A DNA stretch of 64,000 nt, taken from NCBI GenBank assembly GCA_963664465.2, contig CAXXSU010000008.1, forward strand, positions 2,070 to 66,069. Direction: 5' to 3'. Position 1 is the stretch's first letter. Each line of letters opens with the position of its first letter. This document shows positions 19,006 through 26,178 of the stretch, piece after piece. The position numbers and the translations under genes were made by a program. The notes under the pieces were generated by a model. It was given only the letters and a program-made list of their open reading frames with translations. It was not told where the DNA came from and ran no database searches. The DNA comes from Alphaproteobacteria bacterium (GTDB taxonomy: Bacteria; Pseudomonadota; Alphaproteobacteria; UBA8366; CAVOAK01).

Positions 19006-19920
19006 ATGCGGTTTTTCGTCCGGGTTGTAGAGACCGGCAATTTCTCCAAGGCGGCGCGGCAACTTGACCTCGCACCGACCTCCGTCTCCCGGCAGGTTGC
19101 GGCGCTGGAGGATGAACTCGGCTTAAGGCTCATAAATCGCACGACGCGACGGCAGCGGCTGACCGAGGCCGGCGTCCTCTACTACGACCGGGTCAAGCAG
19201 ATACTCAGCGACATCGACACGGCCAACCTTGCCGTCTCCACGCTTGAGGCGACGCCGAGCGGTACGCTGCGCGTCACTGCGCCGATTACGTTCGGCCGAC
19301 TTTACGTCGTCGCGGCGTTGAGTGGGTTCCTGGCACGTTATCCAGACCTGCGCGTCAGTCTGACCCTGACGGACAGCGTAGCCGACCTCGTTGAGGAAGG
19401 GTATGACGTTGCAATTCGTATCGGGGAGCTTCCAGATTCTCGGCTGATCGCGCGCAAACTGGCCTCGACCGAACGGCTCATTTGCGCCAGTCCCGCCTAT
19501 TTGAAACGGGCCGGCATTCCTTTGCGGCCAAGTGATCTCGAAGAGCACAATTGCCTAACTTTCCAAACCGCTACCGACGATGCTGTTTGGCGATTTACCG
19601 GCCGAGACGGCGCAAGCGATATCCGCGTCACCGGCGACTTCTTCACGAACAGCGCCGACGCCATGCGTACTGCGGCACTTGAGGGCCTCGGTCTGGCACG
19701 GGTCCCGGCCTGGTTGGTCAGCCGAGATATTCAGCGTGGCGCACTCAACGTCGTATTAACGGCATACAGCGCTACTCCTGCCGCGCTCTCGATCCATGCA
19801 CTCCACGCACATAATCGCCATCTATCACCGAAGGTTCGTGCATTCGTCGATTTCCTCGTTGAGCAGTTTGCTGCATCGCCGACTTTGATTGAACCGCAGG
19901 TCCTGGCATCGGTTGAATAG
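19006..19920 (+). CDS. LysR family transcriptional regulator
   Basis: MRFFVRVVETGNFSKAARQLDLAPTSVSRQVAALEDELGLRLINRT is an N-terminal wHTH, followed by a LysR substrate-binding domain. It is divergent from the Rieske operon. An alternative start is TTG 19000. Confidence 0.88.
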   Translation: MRFFVRVVETGNFSKAARQLDLAPTSVSRQVAALEDELGLRLINRTTRRQRLTEAGVLYYDRVKQILSDIDTANLAVSTLEATPSGTLRVTAPITFGRLYVVAALSGFLARYPDLRVSLTLTDSVADLVEEGYDVAIRIGELPDSRLIARKLASTERLICASPAYLKRAGIPLRPSDLEEHNCLTFQTATDDAVWRFTGRDGASDIRVTGDFFTNSADAMRTAALEGLGLARVPAWLVSRDIQRGALNVVLTAYSATPAALSIHALHAHNRHLSPKVRAFVDFLVEQFAASPTLIEPQVLASVE

Positions 19921-20047
19921 CTCCTACGAACCAACCATAGAAAAAGCCGTTTATTCGTTACCCTCGCAGGCGTTTGACGAGACGCCAACCGTGTGCTTGT
20001 TAAGATTAGGCGACGACAACGTCGCATGGGCGATTGGGAGACAGGAG

Positions 20048-21091
20048 ATGAGCGACTGGGGAATCTCAGAGGCCGCGGCAACCCTACATAAGGGCGCGTT
20101 GGTTTGGGACATGACGCTGCCATGGGAGGCGACAGCGGCGCCCGACCTCAAGCTTGCGGCACTAAAGCGCCTGGCGGACAGCGGCTACAACTACATCTCC
20201 CTCACACTGGCTCTCGACTGGCACGACCGCGAAACGGCGCTGAACGTGCTCGCCAACGAGCGAGTCTGGCTCAGCCAGCACACCGACAAGTTCACACTCG
20301 TGGAAACTGTAGACGATGTCCTTGGCGCGAAGGAATCGGGCAAACTTGCCGTCGGCTTTCACTTCCAAGGCGCCAACCCGATCGGCGCCGACCTCTCCAT
20401 GGTCGAGACCTTCTACAAGCTCGGCATTCGCCACATGCTGATTTCCTATAACCTAAAGAATCGCGCCGGCGACGGATGCCTCGAACGTACCGACGGCGGA
20501 CTTTCCAGTTTTGGCATCCAACTCGTGGAGGAGATGAATCGCGTCGGCATGATCGTTGACGGAACCCATACCGGATACCGGACGACGATGGATATGATTG
20601 AAACTTCCAAAGGTCCGGTGGTCTTCTCGCATTCAAACGCCTGTGCACTGTGGGACCATCCGCGGAATATCCGCGACGACCAGATCAAAGGCTGCGCCGG
20701 GACCGGAGGCATCATCGGCGTCGTTGGCTGTGGCACATTTGTCGGTGACAACGAAACCTCCACCGACGCGCTGGTGGGTCATATCGACTACATCGCGGGG
20801 CTCGTCGGTCCCGAGCATGTCGGTCTCGGAATCGACTATTTATTCGACCTCAAGGTCGCCGCACCGGCCAATGCACCACTTTGGAACCCTGTGGACGCCC
20901 ATGTCGAGGCACACAAGCATGCCTCCGGCGGCAGTTCGGAAGCACCGGCGTGGGCCGACATCAAATTCGTCGAACCCGAACAGGTGCCCCAGATCACCCA
21001 GGCCCTGCTCGACCGCAAATATGACGAGAAGACGATCCGCGGCATTCTCGGAGAAAACTGGCTGCGGGTCGCCAAACAGGTTTGGCATTAG
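20048..21091 (+). CDS. membrane (renal-type) dipeptidase, peptidase family M19
   Basis: ATG 20048 with a ggagacaggag SD. Family blocks LHKGALVWDMTLPW, GFHFQGANP, RHMLISYNLKN, GMIVDGTHTGY and VVFSHSNA. Confidence 0.8.
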   Translation: MSDWGISEAAATLHKGALVWDMTLPWEATAAPDLKLAALKRLADSGYNYISLTLALDWHDRETALNVLANERVWLSQHTDKFTLVETVDDVLGAKESGKLAVGFHFQGANPIGADLSMVETFYKLGIRHMLISYNLKNRAGDGCLERTDGGLSSFGIQLVEEMNRVGMIVDGTHTGYRTTMDMIETSKGPVVFSHSNACALWDHPRNIRDDQIKGCAGTGGIIGVVGCGTFVGDNETSTDALVGHIDYIAGLVGPEHVGLGIDYLFDLKVAAPANAPLWNPVDAHVEAHKHASGGSSEAPAWADIKFVEPEQVPQITQALLDRKYDEKTIRGILGENWLRVAKQVWH

Positions 21092-21333
21092 ACGCGACAA
21101 TCCTGCAACCGACCCCGATCCGCCCGAAGGTCGAATTTCACACCAGCAGCACCAGTGAATTGTGGGACAGCCCAATGGCGCAGCGCCAAGCCGACAGTGG
21201 CGGTGGTGGCCGTGGTGGTGGTCGGGAGACGCCGCGACACCACACCTAATCGGCGACACAAACACGTTGCCAGAACGGCTCTGGCCGCAGACGCTTCAAA
21301 ATGTAGACGGTAACGTTAACTAAATAGAGGAGA

Positions 21334-21537
21334 TCACGGGTTTGAGGAACGCCGCTCCAAAATAAAGCCAACCAGCGCGAGGATAAGACCGACTGCAAGC
21401 ATAACCACTTGGCCCGGCTGCGTCGTCGCTTCAGGGACCGGCGCAAAAGACTCGACGAACAATATCGACAGCAACGCGACAATCGCGATGATGAGTCCAC
21501 CCCACTTAATCATCCATACAATCCAACCAGGCATCAT
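21334..21537 (-). CDS. small hypothetical membrane protein (67 aa, two helices)
   Basis: ATGATG at 21537 is preceded by a ggagg SD. Translation: MMPGWIVWMIKWGGLIIAIVALLSILFV..VVMLAVGLILALVGFILERR. No family recognised. Confidence 0.4.
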   Translation of the reverse strand: MMPGWIVWMIKWGGLIIAIVALLSILFVESFAPVPEATTQPGQVVMLAVGLILALVGFILERRSSNP

Positions 21538-21745
21538 TGCCTCCAGTAGCGCGAAGAGAGCGCATACTAGTCTGACGCACTGGCCGCGTCCAACGCTGAA
21601 ATCGCTAGAGTGTTGATACTGAGAAGGTGGGCCAAAGTTCGCACAGAGACGACGAAATCCGCGTGATTTTGGAACTGAACGATGGTAGCTTTGACGCGGC
21701 CCGTTCGCCAGTCCACACCTCATCCAAGATCGAGATCTAAACGCT

Positions 21746-22864
21746 GTGACCCAAGCGACAGTCGCGCGCATCGATGGGCGCGACCCCACCCGACGCAACG
21801 TACTGCTGCTCGCCACGTGTCAGGCATTTGTGATGACCGGTGGTATCATTATCGGCACAACCTCGGCGCTGACGGGGCATATGCTGGCCGACGATAAGAG
21901 CCTGGCAACCCTACCCTTTGCGTTGATGTTTGGCGGGGTCATGACGGCGACGGTTCCGGCGTCATTATTGATGCGTCACTTCGGCCGGCGCGTCGGATTC
22001 ACGTTCGGACAAGTGATCGGCATTTGCGCCGCAATGTTGTCCACTTACGCAATTTTTGCAGGGAGTTTCTGGCTGTTTGCATTTGGCGGGTTCATGTTCG
22101 GATTAAACGGCGCCTTCGGCCAGCAATTGCGGTTTGCAGCGGCCGACACGGCAAGTTCGGAGTTTCGCAGCAGGGCAATCTCCTTGGTAATGGCCGGGGG
22201 CGTCGTCGGCGCGTTTATCGGACCGGAACTTGCCAAGGCGACGCGCGATTTGTTCGAACCCGTTGTGTTCGCCGGCTGCTTTGCGACCATCGGCGTCATC
22301 ATGCTGCTCAACATTTCTATATTGCAGTTTATTCGCATACCTCGGATGAGCGCCGCGGAGCGTCTCGACACAGGACGTCCGTTGACCGCGATTTTGCAGC
22401 AGCCGGCAACAATTGTTGCAATTCTGGCGTCAATGATCGGCTACGGATCGATGTCGCTGGTCATGACGGCAACGCCTTTGGCCGTGATTCAACACGAACA
22501 CAGTTTTGCGGATGCGGCCTTCGTCATTCAGTGGCACGTGGTCGGCATGTTTGCACCAAGCTTTGCAACGGGACACCTGATCCACCGCTTTGGCGCAGTG
22601 CAAATTGTCATTATTGGCGCCCTCCTGATACTGGGTTGCGCTGCGATCAACTTGACGGGAATCGAGATTGCGCAGTTTTGGGCGGCGCTTGTGCTGCTGG
22701 GCGTTGGCTGGAACTTTATGTTTATTGGTGGAACCTCGCTTCTGGCCACGACGTATCAGCCAAAAGAACGGGCCAAAATTCAAGGCTTTAACGATTTCCT
22801 CGTTTTTGGCACCGTCGCTGGCGCGAGTTTCAGTTCAGGGGCGTTGCATCATGCGTTGGGCTAG
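21746..22864 (+). CDS. MFS transporter, terminated by an in-frame TAG ahead of what looks like its last transmembrane helix
   Basis: 372 aa of repeated hydrophobic helices with MFS-like loops (MRHFGRRVGF). TAG 22862-22864 is followed in the same frame by 31 sense codons (QVINLGIILPVVIAASAALWLLVQQSPAPAE) ending at TAG 22958-22960. Confidence 0.8.
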   Translation: MTQATVARIDGRDPTRRNVLLLATCQAFVMTGGIIIGTTSALTGHMLADDKSLATLPFALMFGGVMTATVPASLLMRHFGRRVGFTFGQVIGICAAMLSTYAIFAGSFWLFAFGGFMFGLNGAFGQQLRFAAADTASSEFRSRAISLVMAGGVVGAFIGPELAKATRDLFEPVVFAGCFATIGVIMLLNISILQFIRIPRMSAAERLDTGRPLTAILQQPATIVAILASMIGYGSMSLVMTATPLAVIQHEHSFADAAFVIQWHVVGMFAPSFATGHLIHRFGAVQIVIIGALLILGCAAINLTGIEIAQFWAALVLLGVGWNFMFIGGTSLLATTYQPKERAKIQGFNDFLVFGTVAGASFSSGALHHALG

Positions 22865-22971
22865 CAGGTCATTAACCTCGGGATCATCCTGCCCGTCGTG
22901 ATCGCTGCCAGCGCGGCGCTATGGCTACTCGTCCAACAGTCGCCAGCGCCGGCGGAATAGGAGTCGCCCAG

Positions 22972-23184
22972 CTAGCTGAGTTGACTGCGAAGTATGTCGC
23001 GTGTTTCCTCGAGCACGATCGCGATGATAATCAGCAGGAACACGACAAGTATGAGCAAGGATTCAGTCCAAGCGAAACCCGAATGGCGGGAGAAACCTGA
23101 AACTAGAACGCCCAGGGCGAACACCCATTTGACGTTGATCGGCGGGCGCTTGCGCTTGAACGGGATACTTTGATCGTCACTCAT
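22972..23184 (-). CDS. small hypothetical membrane protein (70 aa)
   Basis: ATG 23184 with a ggaga SD. Translation: MSDDQSIPFKRKRPPINVKWVFALGVLVSGF..SLLILVVFLLIIIAIVLEE. No family recognised. Confidence 0.4.
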   Translation of the reverse strand: MSDDQSIPFKRKRPPINVKWVFALGVLVSGFSRHSGFAWTESLLILVVFLLIIIAIVLEETRDILRSQLS

Positions 23185-23342
23185 TCGGGTCTCCAACGAT
23201 TTTTTGCCAGCCTTACCCTGCTGGCCTCCATAGCATCAATATAGACCGGGCCTGGGATACTTCGTCAATCTATGTCGCTAAAGTGAATCGGCATGGATTT
23301 GAGGGCGCGGTTGACCGAACTCATTAGCGGACGCGCCGTCTC

Positions 23343-23682
23343 TTAAATACACGGGAAGGCCTCGATCCTCGCAAATATAACGCTGACCCGTGCCGCATAG
23401 CGCATCCGCTCTGGATGCGCGCCCGCCCACTTACGATAGACCTCAATCGCCTCGTCGATTTTGACGCCCCTCTCGGGCAGACAAAGATTTCGCATGTTCA
23501 TTCCGGCAGCGCTGAACACCGAAACCACGTCGAGCACTCCCGCCAGTTAGTTTGCGCAAGCGAATTTTCCGATCTCGGGTTGATCCGGTACCGGCCCACG
23601 GCCAGCGCAGAACAACGCAGCTCGCCCGCGCGCATTTGGCAGACGCCGGCACCGACGCGATGAACATCAAAAGTTGCACCAA
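23343..23682 (-). pseudogene. Rap1a/Tai-like periplasmic immunity-protein remnant (one frameshift plus one in-frame TAA)
   Basis: A signal-peptide-like start (LVQLLMFIASVPASA) lies in one frame. The next frame reads NARGRAALFCAGRG..IGKFACAN-TAA-LAGVLDVV..NLCLPERGVKIDEAIEVYRKWAGAHPERMRYAARVSVIFARIEAFPC. The C..C.xY.aG..D...C.P.gv....hPe....fPC pattern matches my recollection of that family. The TAA (23547-23549) sits where the conserved Tyr is expected. Confidence 0.35.
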
Positions 23683-23754
23683 GAGAGCATTACCATCCAG
23701 AACTTCGATACCCAGCGCTGAATCATGCGCTTTAGCCCGGCCACGGGCATGGGG

Positions 23755-24387
23755 TTAGAGCTCGATCAGTCGTTGCTGCAGCGCGCGCTGCCATTTCGTA
23801 GCAGAGTTTGCGTCAAGTACGATTTCACGATCGGCCGGCGCGATTTCCCAATCGTCACGCGCGATTTCTGCCTCAAGTTGGCCCGCCGACCAGCCAGCGT
23901 AACCCATGACGAACACGAACCGCTGCGGCCCTTCGCCGCCGAGAATGTCACGAAACGCGCGTGCATCGCTGGAAACCGCAATCGTGTCGGTAACCGCGAT
24001 CGTGCCTGCCGATGCATAGTCGTTGGAATGAATGACAAACCCAAGGTTTGGTTCAACCGGGCCGCCAAAATGTGCCTTAGCCGTCCCGCTTGTCGCGACA
24101 TCGGCAATGCCAAAACCTTCGGCGAGCTCTGCTAGCCCGACTTCCAAAACCGGCTTATTGATCACCAGACCGAACGCACCGTCCGGCGAATGTTTGATCA
24201 TTAGAATCACAGATTCGGCGAACCGTGGATCGCCCATATCGGGCTTCGCAACAAGCAGCCTTCCGGCATATGACGTCTGTATTTCAAGCGCGTCGCCGCC
24301 CGATGCGCTTTGGCTGACAATAAGTGCCAGCAGCAGAAACCCTAGCCGTTTGAACGAGCTACTCAAAATTTCCATCATTGCCCGCAC
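23755..24387 (-). CDS. YqgE/AlgH family protein with an N-terminal signal-peptide-like extension
   Basis: Core GRLLVAKPDMGDPRFAESVILMIKHSPDGAFGLVINKP..GGPVEP..YAGWSAGQLEAEI is the UPF0301 signature. The N-terminus FKRLGFLLLALIVSQSASGG looks like a Sec signal peptide. Confidence 0.8.
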   Translation of the reverse strand: MRAMMEILSSSFKRLGFLLLALIVSQSASGGDALEIQTSYAGRLLVAKPDMGDPRFAESVILMIKHSPDGAFGLVINKPVLEVGLAELAEGFGIADVATSGTAKAHFGGPVEPNLGFVIHSNDYASAGTIAVTDTIAVSSDARAFRDILGGEGPQRFVFVMGYAGWSAGQLEAEIARDDWEIAPADREIVLDANSATKWQRALQQRLIEL

Positions 24388-24510
24388 CGCTCAATACAAC
24401 GTTGTTCGATTTTCCTCGCGCAATCATACACCGTCTTTGATCGGGTTTGTGTACTGCGCTATGATTCGACGACGCTTGGCATCGGCGTTGCTGAGCTTTA
24501 TTTCAGGCGA

Positions 24511-25656
24511 TTGGGAACCGTATTGAGCACGTTGGAACAGGACTTCGCAGAAGCGCGCAAGCTGCACGAGAAAGGCCGTCTTCGCGATGCCGAGGCCGCC
24601 TACCGGAACATTCTCACTGCTGATCCCGATAACACCGAATGCCTACATATGCTCGGTGTGGCAGTGGCTCAATTTGGTCGCCTCGGTGAGGCGATAGAAT
24701 TACTTCGCGACGCGATTGAACGCGTGCCGGACAACGCTGAATTCCATAGCAACCTTGGCGAGGCATTGCGGCTGGCGAACAAGAAGGACGATGCAATCGA
24801 GGCCTTTCGCAAGGCGATTGAGGTCGATGATGAGAACTTCGAGGCAAATCACAGCCTTGCCGCTCTCATGGCTCAAAGCGGTCAGTTGACCAAGGCCGTC
24901 GAGCTTGCACACAAAGCCGTAAAAGCCAGACCCTCGAACGCAACGGCTCAGGTGTCACTTGGCGATCTTTTGCGCCGAACGGACAATTACGATGGCGCTA
25001 TGGCGGCGGCTGATCGGGCATTGGAAATCGTGCCCGATTACGATAAGGTGCTAAACCTTCGCGGGCTGCTCTTGCGCGAAAAGGGACGCTACGAAGAGGC
25101 CATTCCTTATTTTGAAGCAGGGCTGCGCGCCAAGCACGTGTCCAAAGAGAACCGTCTAAATCTTGCGGCATCGTTGACGGCCATTGGGCGCTACGAAGAG
25201 GCGGCGAATGTATATCAAGAGCACCTTCGAATGTCCGAAAACGACCCGGCTCCGTATGTCGGGCTAGGCCAAGTCAACCGCCTGCAGGGAAACCACCTGG
25301 CCGCCGAGCATGTATTGCGTGAAGGGTTGGAAGACTTCCCGCGATTTCGAGCTTTGCATTACGAATTGGCATTAACTCTGGCTGCCTCGGAGCGTTTGGC
25401 CGACGCGGGCGAACATTTTGCGACCGCGGCAACTAGCGAAGCACCGTTGCCATCGGCAAACATCGGTTATGGCAAGTTCTTGTTGTTGACGGGACGACTT
25501 GCCGAGGCGGCCGAACAGTTTGAAATGGCACTCAGCCAACAGCCGGAAAACGTAGCAGCCAAGATCGGACTGGCACAGGAGCGCGGTGAGAAGCAGGTTG
25601 ATGTGTCGTGGGAAGAGGATCCTGAGACGGTAGCTCGCACTAACGAGCCAGACTGA
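24511..25656 (+). CDS. tetratricopeptide repeat protein
   Basis: About nine 34-residue TPR-like units (e.g. AEAAYRNILTADPDNTECLHMLGVAVAQFGRLGEAIELL). The start (TTG 24511) is uncertain. Confidence 0.75.
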   Translation: MGTVLSTLEQDFAEARKLHEKGRLRDAEAAYRNILTADPDNTECLHMLGVAVAQFGRLGEAIELLRDAIERVPDNAEFHSNLGEALRLANKKDDAIEAFRKAIEVDDENFEANHSLAALMAQSGQLTKAVELAHKAVKARPSNATAQVSLGDLLRRTDNYDGAMAAADRALEIVPDYDKVLNLRGLLLREKGRYEEAIPYFEAGLRAKHVSKENRLNLAASLTAIGRYEEAANVYQEHLRMSENDPAPYVGLGQVNRLQGNHLAAEHVLREGLEDFPRFRALHYELALTLAASERLADAGEHFATAATSEAPLPSANIGYGKFLLLTGRLAEAAEQFEMALSQQPENVAAKIGLAQERGEKQVDVSWEEDPETVARTNEPD

Positions 25657-25662
25657 GCCCAG

Positions 25663-26166
25663 TTACGCTAGTTTTTCACGCACAATTTCCGCAACTTGAG
25701 GCGATACGAAGTGTCCGATGTCGCCGCCAAGCGCGGCAACTTCTTTGACGAGACGCGACGAAATGAACTGGTTGTGGTCGGTTGCCATGAGGAAGACGGT
25801 CTCGATCTCCGGCGCCAGCCGATGATTCATCGCCGACATCTGAAATTCATACTCGAAATCTGAAACTGCCCGCAGACCTCTAATAACAACGTTGGCATCG
25901 GTCGACGCAGCATAGTCCACAAGCAAATTTCCGAATGGCTCAACTTCGATTACACCACTACTGTTACTGGCAATATCGGCGACCGCCTCGCGCACCATTT
26001 GCACCCGTTCGTTCACGTCAAACAACGGGCTCTTGCCCGCGTTTTCAGCCACCGCGATGATCAGGCGGTCGGTCAAGTGCATGGCAGCCCGCGTAATTAT
26101 ATCGATGTGTCCGTTGGTAATCGGATCGAAGGTCCCTGGATAAACGCCAACACGGTGTTCTGCCAT
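25663..26166 (-). CDS. coaD: phosphopantetheine adenylyltransferase
   Basis: VGVYPGTFDPITNGHIDII nucleotidyltransferase motif. 167 aa, 12 nt downstream of gyrA. Confidence 0.92.
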   Translation of the reverse strand: MAEHRVGVYPGTFDPITNGHIDIITRAAMHLTDRLIIAVAENAGKSPLFDVNERVQMVREAVADIASNSSGVIEVEPFGNLLVDYAASTDANVVIRGLRAVSDFEYEFQMSAMNHRLAPEIETVFLMATDHNQFISSRLVKEVAALGGDIGHFVSPQVAEIVREKLA

Positions 26167-26178
26167 TCTCTCTTCGCC

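Noticed and set aside
19889-20047. Long N-terminal extension of the dipeptidase ORF that overlaps the end of the LysR gene.
   Set aside because: The extension shows no family similarity. ATG 20048 has a good SD, and the conserved dipeptidase N-terminus begins right after it.
21198-21226. G-rich tract ggcggtggtggccgtggtggtggtcggg as a possible G-quadruplex or repeat.
   Set aside because: It has only GG doublets (no GGG runs apart from the final ggg), it is short, and it is not repeated elsewhere in the window.
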